Shown here: one piece after another, positions 52,319 to 64,000 of the stretch | How positions within the stretch are numbered: the stretch's first letter is position 1 | Layout: each line of letters starts with the position of its first letter | Source: Felis catus | Lineage: Eukaryota | NCBI RefSeq assembly: GCF_018350175.1 | Contig: NC_058383.1 | Span: forward strand, 11,782,001-11,846,000 | Direction of reading: 5' to 3' | DNA length: 64,000 nt | Translations under genes and position numbers: made by a program | Notes under the pieces: model-generated | What the model was told of the DNA's origin: nothing | The model's input: the letters and a program-made list of their open reading frames with translations, nothing else | The model's database searches: none

Positions 52319-52497
52319 GTGGCACCCGGGTGGCTCAGTTGGTCAAGCATCTGACTCTTGGTTTTGGCTCAGGTCATGACTTCGTGGATTCATGAGTTCG
52401 AGCCCCATTCCGGGCTTTGCGCTCACAGTGCGGAGCCTGCTTGGGATTCTGTCTCCCTCTCCCTCTCCCTCTATCTCTCTCTCTCTCTGCTCTCCTC
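52319..52497 (+). mobile_element. Can-SINE (tail-less), next to a MER5-like fragment at ~52235-52312
   Basis: SINE head and CT tract; upstream aatgcagacttccgggtcccaccccagatctac is MER5-like. Confidence 0.85.
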
Positions 52498-52917
52498 TAC
52501 TCACTGCTTGAAAATGTGTGCACATCCCCTACGGACAGATTACAGAAGGACATTCACTGCAGAGACAGACCAGCCTGCACAGAGCTGGGGAGACAGACAG
52601 CCACACGGTGTGTCTGGAAAATCGTAACTGACTTCTCTGAGTGTGAGTAGGAGATGTGGCTAAGGGGTGGGTAGCAGGTGGGGACAGGGAGGGACAAAGC
52701 CTGGCGATACCTCCGATACCTTCCACAATAATGAAAACTTGGCGTATCCATACTGAAACGCAAACGAAAATATCGCGACAAGAGAAACGAGATGTTTTGC
52801 ACGAGCCCTCCGTAAGCTCCGGAGCACCGACTCAAACGTCGGGTGATGCTTTTGCTACTGGCATGGTCAGGGAAGAGCAAGCCAGGCATGGCTGTCCTTC
52901 AAAGATAGAGGGTAATC

Positions 52918-53095
52918 TTATTTATTTTAATGTTCACGTATTTATTCTGAGAAAGAGAGAGAGAGAATGCCAAGCAGGCACTGTGCTCAGTCCGGAGCCC
53001 GACACGGGGCCTGAACTCACGAACTATGAGATCGTGACCTGAGCCGAAATCGAGAGTCGGCCCCGCTCAACCCACTGAGCCACCCAGGCGCCCCG
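52918..53095 (-). mobile_element. Can-SINE
   Basis: TSD gatag(ag/ca)ggtaa. Confidence 0.9.
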
Positions 53096-53165
53096 ATAGC
53101 AGGTAACTTTAAACAGTCACAGGAAATGCTAAACAAAACAAAAAACAAACCAAAGTCCAAGAAAC

Positions 53166-53200
<35 letters not shown>

Positions 53201-53729
53201 GCGCGCACGCACAAGCCGAGGGGAGGAGGGAAGTCCTCTCAATCCACATTGAAGCTGATTTATTACCACATGTAATCCATAGTAGTAGGTCCACATCAAT
53301 TTTATATCTAATTTAAAAATTTGAGGTCTCAATGTGCTCATTAAAGAATATAATGGATTTACATATTTTAATTATGTTTTATGGATTGTGAACATAATGT
53401 AATTAAGAGACTTTTCAGGAGGCATGATGAATGAACAGGGTGGCCCAACATACGGTGGGAGACGACACAGCGAGTGGACTCGTCCGGAGCAGCCCAGCCT
53501 CGCGGCTGACGGCCCAGGCCAGAGCGCCAGGACCCCGTTCACGGTTATGGCAGCCTAATGACGCCACCAGGCAGGAATAATGAGGCTGAAAGACCGGGCA
53601 GGTGGCCGAGTGCTGTGTCTGCAGGACGGCGTGGGCCTGTCATGGCCGCCAGACCGTCTTCCTCTCCTGCCCTTCTTCACCTTCCCCTCTGGTGCAGCCT
53701 TGGTTGAAAAGCAACCTCGTCAGCTCTTC

Positions 53730-54285
53730 TATTTTATGTTTAACTGTGGCAAAAAAAAAAAACAAAAACAAAAACCCACAACACACACACACACACATAA
53801 TAGAAACACACACACAATAGTACTATCTTCACCATTTTTCTTTTTTAATTTTTTCTTTTTTCTTTCCATATATGAAGTTTATTGTCAAATTGGTTTCCAT
53901 ACTAACTTCACCATTTTTAGATTCCCAGTTCAGCGGTGTTAAGTATGTCCCCATTGTCGTGTAGCCAGTGTCCAGAACCTTCACCTTGCAAACCTGGAAC
54001 GCTATACCAATTAAACAACTCCCCATTCCCCCTCCCCCGGCCCCTGGCAACCGTTAATTCTACTTTCTGGGTCTCTGGGTTCGCCTCTCTTAGGGACCTC
54101 ACACGAGTGGAATCACACAGTATTTGCCCTTTGGTGGCCGGCTTATTTCACTGAACATAATGTCCTCGAGGTTCGGCCATGTTGGGGCAGGTGACAGGAT
54201 TTCCTTCCCTTTGAGACTGAAGCATATTCCATTGAATGTATATGTCACCTTTTCTTTACCCATTCATCCTTTGATGGACGTTTGA
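53730..54285 (-). mobile_element. L1MB-type 3' end
   Basis: ccagaaccttcaccttgcaaacctggaacgctataccaattaaacaactcccc...ggcttatttcactgaacataatgtcctc. Confidence 0.85.
53840..53905 (-). mobile_element. extremely 5'-truncated felid L1 insertion
   Basis: T-rich tail + atatatgaagtttattgtcaaattggtttccata; 13-bp TSD cttcaccattttt (53827-53839, 53906-53918). Confidence 0.8.
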
Positions 54286-54607
54286 CAGAACTGTTAACTT
54301 TTCTCTGCACGGGCGTGATGATCTCAATTCAAGATGCCTTAGACTCACCTCTGCCAGTAGAAGGCTCTTTCCAAGATGGCCGGCGTCACTCCCCTCTTTA
54401 AAATCTGCTTCCGTGGCCTTGAGTTTCTGTCCCTTCTCCAGCCACGCGGTCCACTTGTCCCAGGCAAGCCTACCTGTACCTGACATTTGTCATTTCCAAA
54501 CACGTCATGTTCTGGCACAACCGGTGACTGTGCCTGGAATGCCTGAGCCCACCCCTTGTGAGACCCTCTCCCATACGCCATCTCTTAGCCAAACAAAGAG
54601 TCTAGGA

Positions 54608-54771
54608 CAGAGGTTGGCACACTACAGTCAGTCGGCCGAATTCTGCCCTCCCTCTGTTTTTATAAATAAAGGTTTATTGGAATGCGAGCATGCCTGTTGT
54701 TTATGGACAGTCCACGGCTGCTTTCCCAGGGTAACTCAAAGCTCTTCAAAGAAAGTCTTTGCCGAGCCCTG
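54608..54771. mobile_element. MER58A-like hAT MITE, internally deleted
   Basis: TIRs cagaggttggcacact / gtctttgccgagccctg; TSD gtctagga / ctctaggt. Confidence 0.8.
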
Positions 54772-55097
54772 CTCTAGGTAAGCGCTTGTGTTGAAATCTG
54801 TCTCTGCCATTTCCCAGCTATGACCTTGGGTAATTCAACATCCCTGAAAGGGGATAACAAGTAATAGCCCCATCACAGCTTTATTGTGAAGGCTGAGGGA
54901 ATACATACGAAGCCCTTGGCACATAGATGCCAACTTGGCAGGGAAGACAATGAGAGCGTTCATGTCGGGTCATCAAACGGACACCAGACCACGCTCAGCG
55001 GAAACTGCCCCCCAGACTTCTCTTCCCTCGAAGGCAGCGTGGCAAATTCAAACAGTGTAGGCTTTTGGGGTTAAACAATTTCAAGATCACCCTTATT

Positions 55098-55319
55098 TTC
55101 TTTTTTAATTTTTAAAAATGTTTATTTATCTTAGAGAGAGAAACAGCATGTGAGCAGGGGAGGGGCAGAAAGGAGGTGGGGGGGACACCGAATCCGAAGC
55201 AGGCTCCAGGCTCCGAGCCGTCAGCACAGAGCCCGACCCGGGGCTCGAACCCACGAACCGTGAGATCATGACCTGAGCCGAAGCCGGACGCTTAACCAAC
55301 TGAGCCACCCAGGCGCCCC
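55098..55319 (-). mobile_element. Can-SINE
   Basis: TSD caagatcacccttatttt. Confidence 0.95.
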
Positions 55320-55761
55320 AAGATCACCCTTATTTTTAACATGAACTGGGGGCTTTGACTTTCGTCCCTGCCACATGAGAAGAGGAACGCCTGGCCTTCA
55401 GGTTTATTGTGGGGGTTAAAAGCAGCAAGAGTTTAAATTAAGATTTATGGGTTAAAAATGTGCTGCACGTGATGGCAGGAGGAGGGCAGTTTCCTTGCTC
55501 TGTTCCTCCAGTGTCTCCTGAGGATGAAATCCACAGTTCCCAGCTCTAGAGGCTTGCTTTGCTAGATCTCTCTCTGACAGCCTTGTGCCTACAGAATGAG
55601 CTGTGAACAGGCCTGTTGGGCTGGTGCTCCTGGGAGCACTTCCTTCACTTCTCAGGTGTCCTCAGGCATCTCAGCTTTCCTCCTGCCAAGGAATGATGTC
55701 ATAACTGTCCTTTATATTGGCCTGCAGAGTCTCGCTGCTTTCCCTTCCTCGCTACCACTAC

Positions 55762-55780
55762 TGGCCTCTAGGGGGAGCTC
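55762..55780 (+). promoter_or_regulatory. candidate CTCF site
   Basis: tggcctctagggggagctc vs consensus TGGCCACCAGGGGGCGCTA (15/19). Confidence 0.45.
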
Positions 55781-56099
55781 AAGACCTCATCATCCTTGGC
55801 TTGGGTCAAAGGCAAAAAAGTATTGCCATAGAGTTAGTCGAGGAAGCTCAGCATGTTTTGAGAGCCAGAATTGGAATTCTAGAGGCAGGAGACCAAAGTG
55901 GTCATTGAGCCTTGGGTCTTTGTTTTGGGGCAGAAACATCCAGTGACAGAGACACGGACGTAGTTTACCTCGTGGCTTTGCTGATGCCTAAGACTTAACG
56001 CCATGCTTCACGGTTGCGTGTTTTCGATACTGATTCTTAGTTTGCTATTATGATTTTCTTTCTCTCTTTATCCTGGAAGCGAACAGGAGGATGGTTCCA

Positions 56100-57080
56100 T
56101 GGAGGAAAGATTCGCTCATTGTCATGAGGGCACGAAGGAAACTTTCTCGCAGGTGGTAAAGTCAGAATCGAGTTTTGAGTGTGAAGGAGGAGTGTGCCAA
56201 GTGGATTGTAGGGGAAATACATCCCACCACGTGGGAACAGCATGTACAAAAGTTGGGAGTTGTGACAAGGACCAAGCCATGATGTGTTGGTGTTAGAGAT
56301 GGTTGAATCTCGAGGTCTAAGGCAGGAGCTTTGGAAGACAAAGCAAGAATTAGATGGCTTTCACAAAATGGCGGGGCTCCTATTCATTTTCTCAACACGT
56401 ATTTTTGGAGCATCAGCTCCAAAAATTTTTGGAGCACCAGCCACTGCTCTGGGGGTGGCTATAGACCTGTGAACAGCAGACTCACTCCTTGCCTTCAGGG
56501 AGTGTGAATTCCACTCCGCAATCCAGAGGTGATGGCATCCATCCAAGTGTACTGGGGAGCCGTCAGAGAAAATGGTAAGCAAAATGGTCCATGGGATCAG
56601 AGCTGTGTCTCAGAAACATTACTGATGTTGGCGTGGAGAGTAAATGAAGGACTGGAGACAAAAGAGTTTCCCTTCCCTAAGAGACTGCAGAGGACTTACT
56701 TGGGGCAGATGGGGAGGGATAAAACCAGGGGAAATTTTGGAAGTTTTTTCGGAGGTAGATTTCAGAAGCGTATTTGGAAGGACCTGATACTATTTTATAA
56801 CCCGTTGAGCGTTGATGCTGAGGGTTGAAGGAATAGGAGACACAATTCCCGAGCTGTGAGGAATAGGTATATGGCACAATACACCAAGGTAGGTGAGATA
56901 GAGCCCGCCATTGTTGTGGCGAAGGAGGGGGGCGAAGACCATATTGGCACAGCCCGAGGGAGCAAGGAGGAAGAGAGGAGGACAGGAACATCGGAGAACC
57001 GTATCTTCAGACAGGTGATGGAGAGGCGAAGGTCTGCGTTGGTGACTTGGGTGACGGGAAGGGTTAGGGTAGGGATTTTT
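56100..57080 (-). mobile_element. L2 fragments
   Basis: gggaacagcatgtacaaaag; cattttctcaacacgtatttttggagc; gttggtgacttgggtgac, antisense L2 segments. Confidence 0.55.
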
Positions 57081-58313
57081 TTGGTTCGTGCGTAGTAGCT
57101 TGGCTTCCTGTTGAAGCCTTCCAGTGCCACCAAGTGAGAACGTTGACCAAAGCATTTGTTTTCTTGACTTGATCTGCTCCAAGGCTGGCAACAATGGTAG
57201 GGTAAGATTCTTAATGGGTACCTTCCACCCCTGTTCATCTCAAAGGTCAGGTTATGTGGCAGGAATACCTGTGAGTGTTGACATATTCGCAGTGTCGAGG
57301 ACCCTCGGTGGGGGGGGATAATTTTTCAGAGGGAGGGCCCTTCTCAGATGGAAACCCTGCTTCTCGACTTTCGTGGGTGTCTAAGCCTCCGCCACTTAGG
57401 CGGGCCAGCAACTTACTCTCTCTCTGTTTCCTTGTTTATGAAACAGCAACAATACGTCATTACAGGAATGTTTCTGGAGACTTACATTCTGCGCCATTAG
57501 TTTCTTGGAGCCGAGCAAGAGGTAGGCTCTCGGTAAATGTTTGCCCTCTCTTTTCGTCTTACCAACATTTGATTACCGTGCATTTGATTACTTTGGCCTG
57601 AGCCAACTCCCTTAACAAATGTTTCCACCTTAGATTAAAATTAATTCAAAGACAGGGACCAGCCACACATCCTGTAAGGGACTAAGAAAATGGCATTAAT
57701 TTTGTAAATTAATAAATATGCAAATGGAAGCTTTGTACAGAATAGGCTATATAAGCAGGAAGTAAATTGTGTTGTAAATTATGCATTGCCATATGGAGCA
57801 GATACCCTTGACTTAGCATGCAAGGCAGAGAAAGCCGGAGCTGACTTTGCCGGGATGGCTGCTGAGAGCGAGTGGCAGGCCCGTCCAACAGCAACCCCGG
57901 GTGCTGAGTCATGCTGCTGGTCCTGGAGTGGCAGTGGGAGCCCCACGGTGAGCAGGCTGTCGCCCAGCCATTGATGGGAATAATCTGGGGAAGACCGCCC
58001 CCCCCACTCCCCCCCAGCCAAGGCCACCAAGAGAACGGGCGAGCAGAAGCTCATGTGGGACAGCCCATGTGCACTAAGCACGCTGCTCAGGGTTTGGACG
58101 GGGGGCCTGGGGGGGACGTTCACAGCATGGGCCAGCTCTCCTGGGTTTCCAGAGCCTTGCCAGACAGCACTGCGTTTCCAAATCCAAGGCAGGTGTGACC
58201 GGCCCGGGGAAATGCGAGTTGCTGCTTGGATTGATCCATCAATCGTTAGACAACAAAGAGTCTAAGAACAGTCCAGGTGTCCCACATTGTGCTAAAGAGA
58301 TGCTGGAGGGCCG

Positions 58314-58480
58314 TAGTGGTTCCCTGTGATGACTATTCAGCAGAATCACCCAGGGAACTTTTTTAAAAATAGACTCCTGGCTTCTACCCCTGGGATTCTG
58401 ACACAGCAGGTCTGGGCTGGGGACCGCGCATCTGTTTCCAAAGTCCCAGGTAATTCCTGTGATCCCCCTAGGTCTGGGAG
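58314..58480. mobile_element. MER5-like hAT MITE
   Basis: cagaatcacccagggaacttttttaaaaatagactcctgg...gattctgac...ggtctgggctgggg...cccaggtaattc. Confidence 0.75.
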
Positions 58481-58716
58481 GTATGGCGGCAGCAAAAGTT
58501 GCTCCTTCGTCTTGGGCTTTAAGGGTCTTAAAACATAATCGGGAAGACAAGGCGAGGCTTCCAGACACAGTCCTGGCTTGTGTTCTCGCAGCCCACGATG
58601 ACCAGTGGGGCAGACGGGGAGCCCCGTGGAGAAATTTCCCGCAGCGAGACAGATGGGGGACGTCTTTGCGGGGGCGGGCCACAAGCCATGCCTGGCTCTG
58701 AATAGTAATGACGGGA

Positions 58717-58930
58717 GGGGTGCCTGGGTGGCCCAGTCGGTTGAGTGTCCAACTTTGTCTCCGGTCATGATCTCTCGGTTTGTGAGTTCGAGCCCCCTGT
58801 CGGGCTCTGTGCTGACAGCTCGGAGCCCGGAGCCTGCTTTGGATTCTGTGTCTCCCTCTCTCTCTGCCCCTCCCCTGCTTGTGCTCTGTCTCTCTCTGTC
58901 TCTCAAAAATAAATAAACATTAAAAAAAAA
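58717..58930 (+). mobile_element. Can-SINE
   Basis: Full body and A tail. Confidence 0.93.
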
Positions 58931-59124
58931 TTGTAGTAAGGACAGGAGAAGGCAGGGACATATCTGAAGATGAAGCCTGCTGCCATGGGCAGGGGGTGGG
59001 GTTCGGGCGTTAGCCTCTGGGGTGGGGCCAGGTGGCTTCGAGCTGGACCCTGGCTGGTCTGAAGGCCGGTTGAAGATGACCTTTGTGCCTTCTGGAGTTA
59101 TTTTAGGTTTCTCTTTCATGTGTC

Positions 59125-59326
59125 TTTATTTTGAGACAGGGGCAGACAGCTCGAGTGGGGGAGGGGCAGAGAGAGGGAGAGAGATTGAAAGAGACAGAAT
59201 CCCAAGCAAGCTCCGGACTGTCGGCGCTGAGACTGACGCGGGGCTCGATGCCACGGACCGTGAGATCACGACCGGAGCCGAAATCAAGAGTCGGACGCTT
59301 AACCGACGGAGCCACCCGGGCGCCCC
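59125..59326 (-). mobile_element. Can-SINE
   Basis: Antisense body; TSD attttaggt. Confidence 0.92.
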
Positions 59327-62300
59327 AATTTTAGGTGTTTTGTCTCTGGTCGTGCTAAGTAAGCAGCCGTCAGTGCCTGTCCAGGTGTCGCTTAAGGCCT
59401 GAGCGCCTGGGACCGGAGGTTTATAAAGCTGCGTAGGAGGCTAAAGCCATTGTGCGCATCATTCGGACCCACACGGCTCCCACCATCAAGAATCATTTCG
59501 AAGAAACTCATTTCTCTTCCAAGAGGTCAAAGCGCTGGAAAGACCCCATGTTCCAGCATGCGCTCCCTCTCTCTCTCTCTCTCTATCTGTCCTTAGCCTT
59601 CTCGAAACCACACCTCGGTGCCTCCTCCTCTCACTGCCTGACATTCTCCCGCTTTCCTCAGGACAAGACTCCAAGGCCGATCTGACGGAGACGAGGAAGA
59701 TACGAGACTGGCCACATCTTTAAAGAGCAGGGGTCCCTCTGAACTGAACCACGGCCAACCTGTCCCACCAGGCGGAGACGACGAGCGAGATTGCGCATTC
59801 TGCGTCGGGCGGGCTCTGGGCGTGGCCTTGGGGCTCGTGGTTCTCAGCGAGGTGCCGGCCAGTTCCTGGGGACAGGTTCCAGAAATGCTGGTCCACAGCC
59901 CGTCCCTGGATCTGCTGAGCCTCAGCTCCAGAACAGGGCCTGGGATCTGATCTGCGCTCTCCGCCAGTGGTCTTAACGTGGCATCCCCCTGCACACTTCT
60001 GCAGTGTCCCCCTCACAGGGCTGCTCTGGCTCAGGCTTGCAGGTCCAGTTTGTGACCCCGGAGGGGAACGTCTTCAACAACCTCGGCTCTGGTGTTACGT
60101 AGATCGCCGATCTGGACATCCCCATAAAAGCATGGGCTTTGTGGTGGTGGCAGATTGATGTGCCAATAAATCCTGCTTGCTTCGCGTTCAAAGCTGTGTG
60201 ACCTTGGACGTAAGCCCCTAAGACTCGGTTTCCTCGTCTGTGAAATGGGCGTAATAGGAAAACTGATCTCGCAGGCTGGCGGGCAGAGGTCGAAGGTGGC
60301 GACGTAGTCAAAGGCAGAGGCGTTTCCGGAGGTCCCTGGGTGTTGGCAAGTGTCGCCCTCAGCCCAATCTACGTCCTTTAAGACCTGCCCCAGACCGGCA
60401 TCCATCCTCCGAGCCAACTCTCTTCACATCCTCCCTGAAGCCCGTGACCCTGCCCCTGAACATCTCATCTCCAAGCTAAACATCCCTGTGGACCCACGCG
60501 AGCCGGTGGTGTTTGCCATTCCCGGAGGTATCTCATTTTACAGCCGGGCAAACCCCAGCATGCCAAGTTCACGTCCTCGCAAAGTCATGCGGTGACAGAA
60601 ATGTCCGGGCAGCAGGTGGCAAAATGGTGTTGTTATCGGAACCCCACAGATAATCAGGCCTCGCTTCTATAATTCTCCATCTAGTTCGCGGTTTCGAATT
60701 TGCAAGGGCTTTCTGCGCCCCTTACCTCGTCGTTCAGCCCTCCAAGGCCCCTGCGCGGGGTGAGGTCGTTGGGGGAGCTGAACGCCACGCCCTTGGGTAG
60801 GACCTCGCCTTTTTGAAACGTTTCCACGTCCATGCTGGCCCTGGGTCTTTCTCGCACCCTCCGGAGATGGAAAGGGCAGGAATTATCAGAGGAAGAAACC
60901 GAGAGACGGAGCGGGCTGGCACGGGTCCCACGGAGCCGTTGACACATTCAGGTGTCGGACTGGGACCCAGGGTCCCTTCAACACCTGCGCTGGTCCTTGG
61001 CCTGACTTTCTTCTCCTTTTTTCTCCTCCCGTTCTGGGCTGTGAGGACAAAACTGGCAAACAATGCCCCCAAACTGTGTTCTAGTCAGTAAGAACGACAC
61101 AGCTTCCAAAACTACTGCTGTTTTTAAATTTATTGACCTGAGTCATTACATCCTTCACTCAAGGGCAAGGTCTAGCCGCACCATCACACCTGTGTACGCG
61201 TTCTGACCGGCACGAGGCCCCACAGCACGCACCCAATGCCTCCAGGGCAGACCGGATGGCCGCCGTGGCTCAGGTTCAAGTCTGGGCCGAGCCTGAGCGC
61301 TCCTCCCCCCCAAGTGGGGGTCAAGAGACTTGGCCATCTGTGGACTCCCTCCCTTTTGCTTCCTGCTCATTGGCAGACCCTAGGGCTGGAGCTGGTGGCC
61401 GTGAGCCTGTCGGCCTGCCCAGTGACTCCTGCTCCGGCCGTGGCTGGGCTCCTTTCCCGTCCCCGAGGGAAAGAGGAGACACAGACTCCACGTAGCCCCT
61501 TGTGCCTCCCGCATCACGGAGGGGACTGCTCGGGCTGGGGACGCAGCCAGCCGTGTTGGGAGTGGTCTGTTGGCTCAGGGGGGCGGAAATGGAGGGACGG
61601 GAAGCCAGTCTGCAGATCAGCAGGGGAGAATCCTCCCCCACCCCTGCCCCAGGTGGCGTCCCTGTAAAAGTGTCGTCGTGCCTGTCCAGGTGTCGCTGGG
61701 GATAGAAGCTTTGGAAACAGAATCACAGCACAGGTGGAAGACCGAACAAAGTCAAGTGTAGGCAGAAACTGAGGGTGTCTGTGGGGATTATTTCAAGGAA
61801 GCAAAAGGGTAAAGAATAAAGGATCAGGGCTCTGCCCCTGGTTCATTGCTTTCTCCTTCCCGTCCCTATTTCAGGCTTCTGTCTTTTGGTCGCTGTGGGT
61901 ACCGTTCACCCCCCCCCATCGTATCTGTAAGTGGCTTGGTTGTGTCTTCGGTAGAGTTGACCCCCTGAATTCTGTGTGTGTGGTGATGGGTCAGGGCGTG
62001 ATGAGCTCACGAAGCACGAGCGAGTCTAGAAAAGGCAAGGTCAGGTTGAAGCCGAGGCTGGGGAGGAAACCATACCGGGGAACCAACGGGGGGATGGGCG
62101 GAGGGAGGCACGAGGAAGATCCGGTGATTCTGCGCCCGGTACGTTTGCGTCGTTGCGGAGTTTGTCAACTGAGACTGGCTTCTGATCCTTTTTGTTTTCT
62201 TTCTCTCAGCGAGGCTTCCCTCCCCTCACTGTTTTGTTCTTTCCAAGATACACCTGTTGAGGGCTAACGTCTCAAGTGACTATTGAAAGAGAGCTAGCAG

Positions 62301-62409
62301 ACTGGTTTCCCGATGTTGGAAGTGCTTTGGAAGATGTTCAGTCTTGAGCAACATTGCGGGAAGGAAGACACTCGGATTTCGCCGAGTTGGACTCGAGTCT
62401 CGGTCTTAC

Positions 62410-62865
62410 TTCTTTTTTTTTTTTTTAATTAATATATATTTTTTCATAGCAGTTTTCAGTTCACAGCAAGATTGGGCCGAAGGGACGGAGATTTCCCATG
62501 TATGCTCTGTGCACACGCCTGGACAGCTCCCTGCCCCACTGACATCCGCCACCCCCCCCCGCCCCCCACACTAGAGTTGGTACATTTGTCTTAATTGATG
62601 AACCTACATTGACACATCATTATCACCCCAAGTCCATAGCTGGCTGGAGGGTTCACTCGGGGTTATGCGTTGTATGGGTTTGGACAAATGGGTAATGTCA
62701 TGTATCCATCATCAGAGAGACCCATGGAGTAGTTTCACTGCTCTAAAAATCCTCTCTGCTCTGACAGTTCACCCCTAACTCCTCCCTGACCCCTGGGCAC
62801 CACTGATCTTTTTATCGCTTCCATAGCTTTGCCTTTTCCAGAAGGGCATATGTTGGAATGGCCTT
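62410..62865 (-). mobile_element. L1MC1/2-type 3' end
   Basis: T tail; gatgaacctacattgacacatcattatcaccccaagtccatag; gtagtttcactgctctaaaaatcctctctgctc. Confidence 0.85.
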
Positions 62866-62909
62866 GCTTTTTTATGATTAGGTCGAACCATGTGAAACTG
62901 ACATTTTGT

Positions 62910-63672
62910 ATAAGTCCACATCGGCTGGATGTGTCGCCGGGCATCTCCCACGCCCTCCTGCCCGTGTCCGTGGGTCCTACTGCAGAGTCAAGCCCCTTTT
63001 ACCATCCCAGCTTCCCTACTCAGTCCCCACGTCCTATAGTGTCTGCCTGTGAAGTCTCTAGAATCATGCTGGTTTTCTCTTTCTCTCTGGTATTGTCTCT
63101 GTCCAGACCCTCATCCTGATCCGGCTGGGCTCTTGCAATCACCCCCGAGTGTTTTCCATTCCTCTTAATGGAAGCAGAGGTAATGTTTAAAATCTAGCTC
63201 TAGATCAAGATCGACCCTCCCCCGCCCCCCCCCCCCACCATGGATTATTCTCTGCTGGATGACTTCCCCTGCCTTCCCACTGCCTGTGAGTCAGGACCTG
63301 GATGCCACAGCAGGGCCACCGGCAGGGTCTTGTGATCTGGACCCTCCCTCCACCCTCCAGCTCTGCTCCCTGACTCCCCTCTGCAGACGCAGGCACCCAG
63401 CCCTCACACGCTCCCCACCTTCCCCACGCTCGGTGCCTTTGCGTACATTCTGCTCTTTGTCTTAATGGCCTCCCCCCTCCCCCTGAAAAAATCCTGTTCC
63501 TCGCCCAAGACCCAGCTCATCCCCTCCTTGCCCTCAACATCCGGGTCTCTCGGCATTTCCTGTTGTGCGTTTGCGCGACTGTATCCTGCACTTGACCACG
63601 AGCCAGGAGCGAGGACTCTGCCTTATTTATCTCTGCGTCCCCAGTGCCAGCATTTGGTAACTATTGGTTGAA
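62910..63672 (+). mobile_element. L2 3' region (CG-enriched, diverged)
   Basis: ggatgtgtcgccgggcatctc; cttatttatctctgcgtccccagtgccagca...ctattggttgaa. Confidence 0.5.
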
Positions 63673-64000
63673 CGGGGCAGCGAGTTACCGTGCAGATACG
63701 TGGAGCCCATTAAAGCCCCAAACTCCAAAGTTTCAGACAAAAGTCTTGAGGTTTCGTTTCAGCCATGATTCCGAATAACAGTCCCAAAGCACTTTCAAGG
63801 ACAAGGCGGCGGGGGGGGGGTGGGGGCGGTCATGGGGGATCCGTTCTGGTCGATGGTCCTACCGCCTCAGGTTATAGCGCGCCTAGGGGAGGAAGTGCGT
63901 GCACTTGGGTGCGCGTGTGCATCTGTGTGCGTGTCGATGTGTGTGTGCAAGGGGAGAGGCTGGCCGACAGGTAACCAAAGTTCCTCCACGGCCCTTAGGA

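Noticed and set aside
54592..58264. Shared 13-mer aacaaagagtcta
   Set aside because: Matches of this length are expected by chance in 64 kb
58346..59119. Longest ORF in the track (257 aa, minus strand)
   Set aside because: Reads through an antisense Can-SINE and a MER5; no domain; chance open frame in GC-rich DNA
1..64000. Excess of minus-strand SINEs (about 25 versus 14) as evidence of a host gene
   Set aside because: Bias too weak to infer transcription direction

Overview
Mammalian genomic DNA, almost certainly from a felid: it carries about 39 tRNA-derived Can-SINEs, five of them near-identical young SINEC_Fc-type copies, plus cat-type L1 3' ends. I found no credible protein-coding exon or RNA gene. 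The ORFs in the track are SINE/L1 translations, microsatellite read-throughs or chance frames. The window reads as intergenic or deep-intronic. It holds many old eutherian repeats (MLT1/MLT2 LTRs, L1M, L2, MIR, Tigger2, MER3, MER5, MER58), several very large AT-rich simple repeats, and repeat-poor blocks with enhancer-like motif clusters. The most informative element is a decayed Ty3/Gypsy pol fossil at about 3.0-4.3 kb, with colinear RNase H and integrase motifs. Also notable: candidate divergent CTCF sites (42.4 and 55.8 kb), an exact 20-bp repeat within a cluster of T-box/E-box-like sites (58-62 kb), several palindromes that look like template-switch products, and a 143-bp higher-order unit inside a TA-rich satellite. 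Repeat family names come from recalled consensus features, not a database search. I found no convincing new biological system.
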